Assembly: GCA_951406725.2 (NCBI GenBank)
Contig: OX597821.1
Span: forward strand, 37,076,001-37,140,000
Source of the DNA: Octopus vulgaris
Taxonomy: Eukaryota
Length of the DNA stretch: 64,000 nt
Reading direction: 5' to 3'
Part shown: piece by piece, positions 1-12,780 of the stretch
How the letters are laid out: each line of letters starts with the position of its first letter
How positions within the stretch are numbered: position 1 is the stretch's first letter
Notes under the pieces: generated by a model
Database searches by the model: none
Seen by the model: only the letters and a program-made list of their open reading frames with translations
What the model was told of the DNA's origin: nothing
Translations under genes and position numbers: made by a program

Positions 1-31
<31 letters not shown>

Positions 32-210
32 TATGTCACTTTATATATTTGTTTTGCAAGATTCTTGATGTGAAATCGTGTGTTAAAACAGATGTTGTAT
101 TTAGGAATGGTCATTTTGCCAGTTTAGCCAATAAAAACACACGCACTATATATTTGGTGTTAATTTGCTTCAGCTTTATTTATTTTTTACATTAATCTTA
201 ATCTTATTTC

Positions 211-255
211 GGCCAGAGTTCTTTCGTCACACTTCTGTGACCTCATCAGTGGTCC
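211..255 (-). ncRNA. Minimal type I hammerhead ribozyme-like motif
   Basis: The reverse complement reads GGACCA-CUGAUGA-G-GUCACA(GAAG)UGUGAC-GAAA-GAAC-UC-UGGCC. Both core boxes are present, with a 6-bp stem II, a very short stem III, and stem I GG(A)CCA/UGGCC. There is one extra G after the CUGAUGA box. Confidence 0.6.
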
Positions 256-564
256 TTTGCTTTCTTCTTTCTTATTTGTGTGTCTCTCCTTACTAACGGT
301 CCTTACTAATGGCTGACTGTTAGTAAAACACATTTACTTACTACCATATATATAGAGACACAATACACACTAATACATACATACATACAAATACACACAT
401 ACATACAAATACCTGTCACTTTATTTATTTCCCCCTTCAATTTTACGCATACTTTCCAATACAATTTCTCTGTACAAGTAACTTTCACATCGACAGTCAA
501 ACATTTTTTCCCTAAAAACTGAGTTTTGGGAAAAAATTTTTTAAAACACATTTACTTACTACCA

Positions 565-610
565 TAGGTGTAGGAGTGGTTGTGTGGTAAGTAGCTTTGC
601 TTCCCATCAG
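565..610 (+). mobile_element. 5' fragment of tRNA-derived SINE (family A)
   Basis: ggtgtaggagtggttgtgtggtaagtagc matches the head of the full copies at 41863 and 30651. Confidence 0.55.
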
Positions 611-1177
611 GCTTTGAGACTTCCCATGGCTCTTTGTTGTCGGTGTACGCACGTGCTATTGTGTTGTACACCGAAGAAGTCACATCGTTCGTGAAAAATT
701 GAACTTTTGAGGCTTGACTACAGATAGGCGTTTGCCGTATACTTTTGAGGACTTAGTGGAGTTTGTTGCCCTGTATTAAATATTTTTTTTGGTGAGCAAC
801 AGTCTTCACTCTGCTCCAAACATTTGCCTGCCTGTGGTCGTGCATAAAGACTCACTTTGCAGTGAGAATTGTGTTTTTGAGGAGGCGTAGCACTCCACAG
901 AAATTAATTTGTTTGCTTGTTTTTTCCACTGAATTTACCACAGAGTACCAAGGTAGAAAGGACCAATTGTGCGGCGACTGGAGTACACTCTTTCGTTAGG
1001 ATTACCAGAGTTGCAGAACTGTGTTGCCATTGATTGAACTGTCTTCCTTCGTTCTTTTCTGTCTTTCTGTTCATTGGGACTTTTATTTAGAACTTTGAAC
1101 TTTTGTTGAATTCTTTTTCCTTTTTTTGCCTTTGAAAATTATGGCAACAAAGAAAACCACTGTGTTTGAGTGGGAAA

Positions 1178-1324
1178 AGATATTATTTGTGTGTTTGAAT
1201 TTGGATGGATGGATTGATGGATTGACGGATGGATGGATGGATAATTATTGGTTTAAAACAAAATGCCCGTTAGAAATTATCTGTGTTTGAATTTGTATGG
1301 ATGGATGGATGGATGGACAGATGG

Positions 1325-1358
<34 letters not shown>

Positions 1359-4300
1359 AATTAATAGTTTAAAACAAAATACCTGTTAGAAATTGTTTGT
1401 GTGTTTGAATTTGGATGGATGGATTGATGCATGGATGAATGGATGGATGGATGAATAATTATTAGTTTAAAACAAAATGCCTATTAGAAATTATTTGTGT
1501 GTTTGAATTTGGATGGATGGATTGATGAATGGATGGATGGATGGATGGATAATTATTAGTTTAAAACAAAATGCCTATTAGAAATTATTTGTGTGTTTGA
1601 ATTTGGATGGATGGATTGATGCATGGATGGATGGATGGATAATTATTAGCTTAAAACAAAATGCCTATTAGAAATTATTTGTGTGTTTGAATTTGGATGG
1701 ATGGATTAATGCATGGATGGATGGATGGATGGAAGGGTGGATGGATGGATAATTATTAGTTTAAAACAAAATGCCTATTAGAAATTATGTGTGTTTGAAT
1801 TTGGATGGATGGATTAATGCATGGATGGATTGATGGATGGATGGATTGATGGATAGATGGATGGACAGATGGATTATTATTAGTTTAAAACAAAATGCCT
1901 GTTAGAAATTATTTGTGTGTTTGAATTTGGATGGATGGATGGATGGATGGATAATTATTAGTTTAAAACAAAATGCCTATTAGAAATTATTTGTGTGTTT
2001 GAATTTGGATGGATGGATTGATGCATGGATGGATGGATAATTATTAGTTTAAAACAAAATGCCTGTTAGAAATTATTTGTGTGTTTGAATTTGGATAGAT
2101 GGATGGATGGATGGATGGATGAATGGATGGATTGATGGATAGATGGATGGAAGGATGGATGGATTGATGGATAATTATTAGTTTCAATCAAAATGCTGAT
2201 TAGAAATTATTTCTGTATTTGAATTTGGATGGATGGATGGATGGATTGATGGATGGATAATTATTAGTTTAAAACAAAATGCCTATTAGAAATTATTTGT
2301 ATGCTTGAATTTGGATGGATGGATTAATGCATGATGCATGGATAGATTGATGGATGGATAATTATTAGCTTACAACAAAATGCCCATTAGAAAATATATG
2401 TGTTTGAATTTGTATGGATGGATGGATGAATGGATAATTATTAGTTTAAAACAAAGTGCCTGTTAGAAATTATTTGTGTGTTTGAATTTGGATGGATGGA
2501 TAATTATTAGTTTAAAACAAAATGCCTATTAGAAATTATTTGTGTGTTTGAATTTGGATGGATGGATTAATGCATGTATGGATTGATGGATGGATGGATG
2601 GATGGAGGGAGGGATAATTATTAGTTTAAAACAAAATGCCTATTAGAAATTATTTGTGTGTTTGAATTTGGATGGATTGATGGATAGATGGATGGATGGA
2701 TGGACAGATGGATTATTATTAGTTTAAAACAAAATGCCTGTTAGAAATTATTTGTGTGTTTGAATTTGGATGGATGGATGGATGGATGGATGGATGGATG
2801 GATAATTATTAGTTTAAAACAAAATGCCTATTAGAAATTATTTGTGTGTTTGAATTTGTATGGATGGATGGATTGATGGATAGATGGATGCATGGATGGA
2901 TGGATGGATAATTATTAGTTTAAAACAAAATGCCTGTTAGAAATTATTTGTGTGTTTGAATTTGGATGGATGGATGGATGGATTGATGGATAGATGGATG
3001 GATGGATGGATAATTATTAGTTTCAATCAAAATGCTGATTAGAAATTATTTCTGTGTTTGAATTTGGATGGATGGATTGATGGATGGATCAATTGATAGA
3101 TGGATGGATGGATGGATGGATTGATGGATGGATAATTATTAGTTTAAAACAAAATGCCTATTAGAAATTATTTGTGTGCTTGAATTTGGATGGATGGATT
3201 AATGTATGATGCATGGATACATGGATGGATGGATAATTATTAGCTTACAACAAAATGCCCATTAGAAAATATATGTGTTTGAATTTGTATGGATGAATGG
3301 ATAATTATTAGTTTAAAACAAAATGCCTGTTAGAAATTATTTGTGTGTTTGAATTTGGATGGATGGATTGATGCATGGATGGATGGATGGATGGATGGAT
3401 GGATGGATGGATAATTATTAGTTTAAAACAAAATGCCTATTAGAAATTATTTGTGTGTTTGAATTTGGATGGATGGATTGATGGATGGATGGATAATTAT
3501 TAGTTTAAAACAAAATGCCTATTAGAAATTATTTGTGTGTTTGAATTTGGATGGATGGATTAATGCATGGATGGATTGATGGATGGAGGGAGGGATGGAG
3601 GGAGGGAGGGATAATTATTAGTTTAAAACAAAATGCCTATTAGAAATTATTTGTGTGTTTGAATTTGGATGGATGGATGGATAATTATTAGTTTAAAACA
3701 AAATGCCTATTAGAAATTATTTGTGTGTTTGAATTTGTATGGATGGATGGATTGATGGATAGATGGATGCATGGATGGATGGATGGATAATTATTAGTTT
3801 AAAACAAAATGCCTGTTAGAAATTATTTGTGTGTTTGAATTTGGATAGATAGATGGATGGATGGATTGATGGATAGATGGATGGAAGGATGGATGGATGG
3901 ATGGATAATTAATAGTTTCAATCAAAATTCCTATTAGAAATTATTTCTGTGTTTGAATTTGGATGGATGGATTGATGGATAGATGGATGGAAGGATGGAT
4001 GGATTGATGGATAATTATTAGTTTCAATCAAAATGCCGATTAGAAATTATTTCTGTGTTTGAATTTGGATGGATGGATGGATCAATTGATGGATGGATGG
4101 ATGGATGGATGGACAGATGGATTATTATTAGTTTAAAACAAAATGCCTGTTAGAAATTATTTGTGTGTTTGAATTTGGATGGATGGATGGATGGATGGAA
4201 GGAAAGATGGATGGATTGATTGATGGATGGATGGATAATTATTAGTTTAAAACAAAATGCCTATTAGAAATTATTTGTGTGTTTGAATTTGGATGGATGG

Positions 4301-4788
4301 ATGGATTGATGGATAGATGGATGCATGGATGGATGGATGGATAATTATTAGTTTAAAACAAAATGCCTGTTAGAAATTATTTGTGTGTTTGAATTTGGAT
4401 GGATGGATTGATGGATAGATGGATGGATTGATGGATGGATGGATAATTATTAGTTTAAAACAAAATGCCTATTAGAAATTATTTGTGTGCTTGAATTTGG
4501 ATGGATGGATTAATGCATGATGCATGGATAGATGGATGGATGGATAATTATTAGCTTAAAACAAAATGCCCATTAGAAAATATATGTGTTTGAATTTGTA
4601 TGGATGGATGAATGGATAATTATTAGTTTAAAACAAAATACCTGTTAGAAATTATGTGTGTGTTTGAATTTGGATGGATGGATGGATAATTATTATTTTA
4701 AAACAAAATGCCTATTAGAAATTATTTGTGTGTTTGAATTTGGATGGATGGATGCATGCATGGATGAATGGATGGATGGATTGATGGA
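1178..4788. repeat. Composite satellite: 56-bp AT-rich core plus variable (GGAT)n spacer, roughly 40 units
   Basis: The core ataattattagtttaaaacaaaatgcctattagaaattatttgtgtgtttgaattt alternates with GGAT runs of variable length. Variant monomers recur at 2180/3020 and 2367/3242/4553. Confidence 0.95.
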
Positions 4789-5290
4789 TCTCACCCTATC
4801 TCCGCCTATCTCACTCTATCTCCGCCTATCTCAGTCTATCTCACTCTCTCCCAGGTGTTTTAACACCCAGCATTATTGGGAAATCTCCCAAAATGCTATT
4901 CCGCTAATCTCCGGCTATCTCCGGCAATCTCCGGAAAACTCTTGCAATGTCCGGCAAACTGCACCAATCTCCTGCAAACTCCGGTAATCTCCAGGAAATT
5001 CCGCCAAACTCTGGATATCTCCGCCAATCTCACTCTTATCTCCACCTATCTCACTCTATATCCGTCTATCTTACTCTATCTCTGCCTATCTCACTCTATC
5101 TCACTCTCCCAGGTGTCTTAACACCCAGCATTATTGGGAAATCTCCCAAACTGCTATTCCACCTATTTCCGGATATCTCCAGCAATCTCCGTCTTTGTAC
5201 AGCAATCTCTAGTAGTCTCCGGTAAACTTCGGCAATCTCCGGCAAACACTGGCAATCTCCGGCAAACTCCTCCAATCTCTATCCCCGCCT
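4789..5290. repeat. Degenerate ~10-bp subrepeat block (ctatctcact / ggcaatctcc) duplicated with a ~260-bp period
   Basis: cccaggtgt.taacacccagcattattgggaaatctcccaaa occurs at ~4850 and ~5108, each time preceded by CTATCTC repeats and followed by GGCAATCTCC repeats. Confidence 0.8.
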
Positions 5291-5292
5291 AA

Positions 5293-7560
5293 CGGGTGTT
5301 GTGCGTGTTCTTTACCTCCGCCGGTTTAAGGCTAGGGTTTAGGTTTAGAGAATGTTACGCCGAAAACGAGTGGTATGCGTGTTCTTTACCTCTGCCTGGT
5401 TAGAGTTAAGGTTACGCCGAAAACGGGTGGTGTGCGTGTTCTTTACCTCCTTGGGTTTAGGGTTACAATTTAGGGTTAGAAAATGTTACGCCGAAAACGG
5501 TTGGTATGCCTGTTCTTTACCTCTGTTTGGTTAGAGTTAAGATTACGCCGAAAACGGCGTGTTCTTTACCTCTGCCTGGTCTGGGTTAAGGTTTTGCATA
5601 AAACGGGTGGTGGGCGTATTCTTTACCTACGCCGAAAACGGGTGGTGTGTGTGTTCTTTACCTCTGCTTGGTTAGATTAAGGTTACGCCAAAAACGGTTG
5701 GTGTGCGTGTTCTTTACCTCCCTTGGTTTAGGGTTAGAGAAGGTTATGCCGAAAATGGGTGGTATGCCTGTTCTTTACCTCTGCCTGGTTAGGATTTAGG
5801 TTACGCCTAAAATGTGTGATGTGCCTGTTCTTTACCACTGTGTGTTAGCATTTCTGTTTAGGGTTAGATTTTAAGGTTAAGCCGAAAACGGGTGGTGTGT
5901 GTGTTCTTTACCACCGTGTGTTAGCGTTTGTGTTTAGGGTTAGGTTTAAGGTTATGCCAAAAGCGGGTGGGGTGCATATTCTTTAACTCCTCCGGGTTAG
6001 GATTTGGGTTCAGGTTTAGAGAATGTTACGCCGAAAACGTGTGCTGTGCGTGTTCTTTACCTCCGCTGGTGTAGGGCTAGGTTTTAGGTTTAGATAATGT
6101 TACGCCGAAAACGGCGTGTTCTTTACCTCTGACTAGTTAGAGTTAAGGTTACGCCTAAAACGGGTGGTGTGCATGTTCTTTACCACCGTGTGTTGGCGTT
6201 AGTGTTTAGGGTTAGATTTTAAGGTTACGCCTAAAACATGTAGTGTGCGTATTCTTTACCTCCGCCGGGTTAGGATTTGGGTTTAGGGTTAGAGAAGGTT
6301 ACGCCGAAAACGGGTGGTGTGCGTGTTCTTTACTTCTGCTTGGTTAGAATTAAGGTTACGCCGAAAACGGGTGGTGTGCGTGTTCTTTACCTCTGCTTGG
6401 TTAGAGTGAAGGTTACGCCGAAAACGGGTGGTGAGCGTGTTCTTTACCTCCACCGGTTTAGGATTAGGGTTTAGGGTTAGAGAAGGTTACGCCGAAAACG
6501 GGTGGTGTGCGTGTTCTTTACCTCTGCTTGGTTAGATTAAGATTATGCCGAAAACGGTTGGTGTGCGTGTTCTTTACCTCCATTGGTTTAGGGTTAGGCT
6601 TTAGGGTTAGAGAATGTTACGCCGAATAATGGGTGGTATGCCTGTTCTTTACCTCTGCCTGTTGAACTTAAGCCGAAAACGGGTGGTGTGTGTGTGTTCT
6701 TTACCACCGTGTGTTAGCGTTTGTGTTTAGGGTTAGGTTTAAGGTTACGCCAAAAACGGGTGGGGTGCGTATTCTTTAACTCCTCCGGGTTAGGATTTGG
6801 GTTTAGGTTTAGAGAATGTTACGCCGAAAACGTGTGCTGTGCGTGTTCTTTACCTCCGCCGGTGTAGGGCTAGGGTTTAGGTTTAGAGAATGTTACGCCG
6901 AAAACGTGTGCTGTGCGTGTTCTTTACCTCCGCCGGTGTAGGGCTAGGGTTTAGGTTTAGAGAATGTTACGGCGTGTTCTTTACCTCTGACTAGTTAGAG
7001 TTATGGTTACGCCTAAAATGGGTGGTGTGCATGTTCTTTACCACCGTGTGTTGGCGTTAGTGTTTAGGGTTAGATTTTAAGGTTACGCCGTAAATGGGTG
7101 GTGTGCATGTACTTTACCACCGTGTGTTAACTTTGGTGTTTAAGGTTAGATTTAAGGTTACGCCTAAAACATGTAGTGTGTGTATTCTTTACCTCCGCCG
7201 GGTTAGGATTTGGGTTTAGGGTTAGAGAAGGTTACGCCGAAAACGGGTGGTGTGCGTGTTCTTTACTTCTGCTTGGTTAGAATTAAGGTTACGCCGAAAA
7301 CGGGTGGTGTGCGTGTTCTTTACCTCTGCTTGGTTAGAGTGAAGGTTACGCCGAAAACGGGTGGTGATCGTGTTCTTTACCTCCGCCGGTATAGGATTAG
7401 GGTTTAGGGTTAGAGAAGGTTACGCCGAAAACGGGTGGTGTGCGTGTTCTTTACCTCCGCCGGGTTAGGATTAGGGTTTAGGGTTAGAGAAGGTTACGCC
7501 AAAAACGGGTGGTGTGCGTGTTCTTTTCCTCCGTGGGTTAGCGTTAGGGTTTAGGTTTAG
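5293..7560 (+). repeat. Satellite with ~39-bp core and degenerate telomere-like (TTAGGG) spacers, left part
   Basis: The core gttacgccgaaaacgggtggtgtgcgtgttctttacctc repeats every ~60-75 bp, separated by ggttaggattagggtttagggttag-type spacers. There is a 933-bp higher-order duplication (6277 vs 7210). Confidence 0.93.
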
Positions 7561-10500
7561 TGTTACACATTCATAACTATGTGTATACGTAGGCATGCGT
7601 GTGTAGAATACATCTCCACTTTTGGCACTATTTTGTTAGTAACAGTACGAACTGTGTCTAAAGTATATATGTATCACTACGCTGAATGTTGACAGTTCGT
7701 GTAACATAAAAAGTAAATAAACACGTAAAACAATAACAATGGCTTTCATTTGAGTTGTCTATCCCATTAGAACGAAACTACACATAACATGGTGGCAGCG
7801 GTAAATAATTAATCGGAAACTGTGCCTTTACAACAAAACAGAAACACAACAAACCAGAAATTTAACAAACAAAACATCGCTTCGTCTTCGGACACACACA
7901 TACACGAGGATCCAAAATGACGACCCCCGTCGCCGTACAGATGAATCTACATCCGATCATGAACTGGGACTCCGATGATATCGTGGAAGCATTTAAGAAA
8001 TTCAAGCAGAAAACTCAACTAGCTTTCAAAAGTTTCCTGAAAGGCACAACTGAAGATGAAAAGGTAAGCTATATCCTTTTATGGACGGGCGTAAAAGGTC
8101 TAGACTTATTCAATAGCTGGGACATGTCAGAATCGGATTGCAATAACCCAGACACACTTTTAGAGAAATTTGAAAGGCACCTAGAGCCCAGATCGAACCA
8201 TAGAATTCACAGATACGAATTCCAGGGCCTGAAACAAGACCCACAAGAAACGATTGACAATTTCCTGTCCAGACTAAAGAATGTTGCCGAAAAATGCAAA
8301 TTCAAAGATAAGGACGAAAGAATTGTTGATCAATTAATATGGGGGTGTGCTCATAAAGAAGTTCAGAAATCCATCATAGGTAAGGACGCTCTCCAGTTGA
8401 TAGAAGCAGTAGACACTGCAAGAGTATTCGAAGCCACTACCAAACAAATGACCTCACTTACCTTACAAACAAGCTCACTAAGCAGCAGTGTAGATATTGT
8501 ATCTAGGCACAGGACGAAACATACCCGCAAACAAAAAACATGCCAGTACTGTGGTACAGAGCATGAATTCAATAACCGGAAGAAATGTCCTGCATTCGGT
8601 ACACACTGCAAAGCATGTGGAAAACCCAACCACTGGGAAAAATGTGTAGGCTAATAAAATCCCAGAAAAACAAGCCCCAATTTTCAAAGAGGAGCCGAAA
8701 TAGAAGAAGAGATATACATGCCCAACAACAAGAACAAAACACCTCAGAGGAGGAATTCTTGGCAGTCGGCACAATAAATGTGCATGAGATGGGAAATGAC
8801 GACCAGAAAAAAATGAGGCATACACAACGATAAGAATACAAAAGAAGTCTGGCAAGAAACGAACAAACATAGACTTAAGGCTAAAGATTGACACTGGAGC
8901 CCAGAGTGATATCTTGCCTGTTAACCTCTACAAAAAGATGTTCCCAGAACACATAACACAAGAGGATAAAGTCAAAGAAGGAATCCTCACACCAAGTGAT
9001 GTAATCCTCACTGCGTACGGATGTACCAGGATTCCACAACTGGGTAAAACAACAATCACAGGGACACACAAAGGAAAAACAATCAAGTGTTCTTTTTATG
9101 TCACAAGAACAGAAGGACCAGCAATTCTTGGACTCAATACCTGCAAAAAGCTAAATATTGTGTCAATCAATGGAGAAGTGAAGGCAGCTCCGAGCAGGAT
9201 TGACAGAGATATGCCTGTCAAAGACCGACCATCAATTACAAACAAAGAAGAACTGATAAGCATGTACCCTGAATGCTTTGACGATACAGTCGGGTGCTTT
9301 GTGAAATGTCGATACCATATAACAGTCGACCCCAATATCAAACCAATTGTTCACCCACCTCGCCGCGTCCCTCTAGAACTAAAAGAGAAGCTGAAGACAG
9401 AGTTGGACAGAATGGAAAAAAAAGAAATAATCACCAAAGTGACACGACCAACAGACTGGGTGAATTCAATTGTAATCAAGGAAAAACCCAATGGTACCCT
9501 ACGGATATGCCCCGACCCAAGGGACCTGAACAAGGCATTAAGAAGAGAGTACCATCCAATTTCAACCCTTGAAGAAATCACATCATCATTGGTTGGGTCC
9601 AAATTATTCAGCAAACTGGATGCCAGTAATGGGTACTGGAATGTAAAGATAGACAAAGAGTCATCCATGCTCACTACCTTCAACACACCATTTGGCAGAT
9701 ATCGATTCAACCGACTCCCATTTGGATTGAAGGTGAGCCAAGATGTTTTCCAGCGCCAAATAGATGAGACCTACCAAGGCTGCAAGGGAGCAATTGGAAT
9801 AGCAGATGACATCCAAGTGCATAGCAAGGATGAAACCACAAATGACTTCAATTTACATGAAGCTATGGAGAAAACCCAAGCAGGCATCAAACTCAATGCA
9901 GACAAGTGTGTGATAAAAGCAAAGGAGTGCAAATTCTTTGGAATTATATACTCTGCAGAGGGAGTTAAACCAGACCCCGCTAAAGTGGAAGCCATCAGAG
10001 ACATTAAAGAACCCAAAGACAAGAAGGAACTCAGGAGCTTCCTGGGACTCATTCACTACATGGGAGCCTTCATACCCAAGCTGGCCGATCACACTACAAA
10101 TCTCCGAGAGCTAAACAAAGATGACGTAGAGTTTGATTGGTGTGCTTCACACACACAGGATTTCAAAACAATCAAAAAGCTCGTCAGTAAGGAGACAACT
10201 CTGCAATACTATGACAGACGCAAACCAATAATACTCCAAGTCGATGCTTCTATGAGAGGAGTTGGCGCAGCACTGATACAGGAAGGTAAACCCATTGCAT
10301 ATGCCTCGAAAGCTCTCTCACCCACAGAGACAAGGTACGCAAATATTGAAAGGGAACTCCTGGCAGTAGTATATGGATGTGAAAAGTTCCATACATACCA
10401 GTATGGCAGACATTTCAATATTGAAACAGACCATCACCCGCTAGAACAAATACATGAGAAAAACCTTACGAAAGCACCAGCCAGACTGCAAAGATTACTG

Positions 10501-12342
10501 TTAAGGCTTCAAACATACGACTATGATATCAGGTACAAGCCAGGAAAAGACCTGATATTGGCGGATGCTCTTTCCAGACTATCCGCACATGATAAACAGG
10601 AGATGGAAGGACTAAGCATAAAGGTCCACCACATTATAAATGTAACGACTACAAAGCTAGCAGAAATCAAAGAGGAGACCAGCAAAGATGAAGAACTCCA
10701 GCTCCTTATTCAGGGGTGGCCAGAGAAGAAACATCAGGTGCAGCCCCTCATTCGTGAATATTGGGCCATCCATGATGATATATCAGTGGAGAATGGAATC
10801 CTGATGGCTGGATCACGAATAATTATACCCAAGTCAATGCAAAAAGAGATTCTTGACAAGATCCACCAAGGGTGTCTCGGAATGGAGAAATGCAAGCTCC
10901 GAGCCAAGTCAGCAGTATATTGGGTAGGCATGTACAAAGACATAGAAAAGACAGTTTCTACATGCCACATCTGTCAAAAGTACAGAAACTCACAACAAAA
11001 GGAGGAAATGATATCTAGTGACATCCCAAGAAGGCCATGGCAAACTATTGGAGTAAATCTGTTCACAGAGAGCCAAGAATGGTATTTGATAATGGCCTGC
11101 TACTAATCAAAATTTCCATTTGTGAGAAAAGTGAAAGACCTGAGAGCCAAAACAATCACTACAGTGGCTCGAGGACTTCTAGTAGAGCAAGGAATACCAG
11201 AGCAGATCATATGTGACAATGGAACCCAGTTCACATCGCAAGAATTCAAAAAGCTAGCCGATGAGTATGGGTTCAATATTACAACCTCATCTCCACACTA
11301 CCCCAAAGGCCATGGGTTTATAGAAAGATAGGTGCAGACAGTGAAGAGAACACTAGTCAAATGCCGAGAGACTAAGGAAGACCCACACCTGGCACTTCTG
11401 TCCCTACGAGCGACACCACTGAGAGCTGACATGAAATCCCCAGTAGAATTGCTGAATGGCAGGAAGTACAAAACTACCCTGCCAACTAAGATCCAACCTC
11501 CTATTGACCAGGAAGAGACAAGGGCAAAGCTAGCAGCCACTCAAGAACAATCACAGAAATATAACAACAAACATGCACAATACTTACCTGAGATACTTGG
11601 AGGACAGCATGTGCATTCTCAAGATCCCACAACTAAAACATGGATCCCAGCACAGGTTGTCAGTAGAGCTGAAACTCCAAGATCATATATAATAGAAACG
11701 GAATCTGGTGGGCAGCTGAGACGCAACAGGGTCCACATCCGCCCAACACCAAAGCTGTCGAGGACAACGTGTACAACACCTGCTGCATCAGTGACAACAC
11801 CCACAGAATTATCACCCCAACGGGCACCAACCACCCATCAGCAGCCCAACAACACACCACAGACACCGGTGCGAAGCACAAGATCCACCAGATGGAGAAA
11901 GAACATTCTGCCACCGGTTCGATACCGTTAAAGAAAAAAAAAAAGAAAATGAAAAGATAACTAATTCAGCTAGATTACAAAGAAGAGGCAGAACAATCTC
12001 ACGATTTCTGCTGCAGGATTGCCACCTCGCGCTAACAATCCATTAGAGTAAGGGAGACTACTTATATTTGTCTTCACTGCCAAAAGACCCCTTTATTTTT
12101 TTTTAAGAAGGGATGTTACACATTCATATCTATGTGTATACGTAGGCATACGTGTGTAGAATACATCTCCACTTTTGGCACTATTTTGTTAGTAACAGTA
12201 CGAACTGTGTCTAAAGTATATATGTATCACTACGCTGAATGTTGACAGTTCGTGTAACATGAAAAGTAAATAAACACGTAAAGCAATAACAATGGCTTTC
12301 ATTTGAGTTGTCTATCCCATTAGAACGAAACTACACATAACA
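7561..12342 (+). mobile_element. Full-length Ty3/Gypsy LTR retrotransposon (Mag-like), disrupted
   Basis: 229-bp LTRs at 7561-7789 and 12114-12342 (TG...CA, 4 mismatches). TSD TTTAG on both sides. PBS TGGTGGCAGCGGT at 7790 (complementary to a tRNA-Leu 3' end). PPT aagaaggga. Domain order gag-PR-RT-RH-IN. Confidence 0.97.
7917..11931 (+). pseudogene. Gypsy gag-pol polyprotein with frameshifts and stops
   Basis: Gag with two CCHC-type knuckles (CQYCGTEH..C, CKACGKPNH), protease KIDTGA, RT (LDASNGY, LPFG, IADD), RNase H (DAS, ERELLA, TDH), integrase (IHQG..CHIC, DNGTQF). It is split across ORFs 7917-8654, 8914-11106, 11122-11331 and 11332-11931. Confidence 0.93.
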
Positions 12343-12697
12343 TTTAGACTTAAGGTTACGCCGAAAACGGTTGTTGTGCGTATTCTTTACCTCCGCCGGG
12401 TTACGGTTTAAAGTTAGAGTTAAGGTTACGCCGAAAACGGGTGGTGTGCGTGCCCTTTACCTCCGCCGGTTTAGTGTTACGTCTTAGGGTTAGAGAAGGT
12501 TGCGCCGAAAACGGGTGGTGTGAGTGTTTTTTGCCTCCGTGGGTTAGCGTTAGTGTTTAGGGTTAGATATAAGGTTACGCCGAAAACGGGTGGTGTGCGT
12601 ATTGTTTACCTCCGCCGGGTTAGGGTTAGGGTTTAGGTTTAGGCGTAAACTTAACTCTAAGTTTACGTTAGGGTTAGGGTTTAGAGTTACGTTTACC
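12343..12697 (+). repeat. Telomere-like satellite, right part (resumes after the Gypsy insertion)
   Basis: Same ggttacgccgaaaacgggtggtgtgcgt core, with perfect TTAGGG units at ~12620-12631 and ~12668-12679. Confidence 0.9.
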
Positions 12698-12780
12698 CTT
12701 GAAATTATCTTTTTACCCGAGCAGAAATGTAATTAACAACCTTGGTAACAGTTTGCATCACTTCCTGAAGTTTTTTCCGA

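Noticed and set aside
1178-4788. CRISPR array (repeat-spacer appearance)
   Set aside because: Spacers are GGAT microsatellite variants rather than unique sequences, the repeat is 56 bp, there are no cas genes, and the context is eukaryotic.
5293-7560. True telomere, CRISPR array, or coding ORFs in the satellite
   Set aside because: TTAGGG units are short and degenerate, and the sequence continues. The ORFs are repeat translations.
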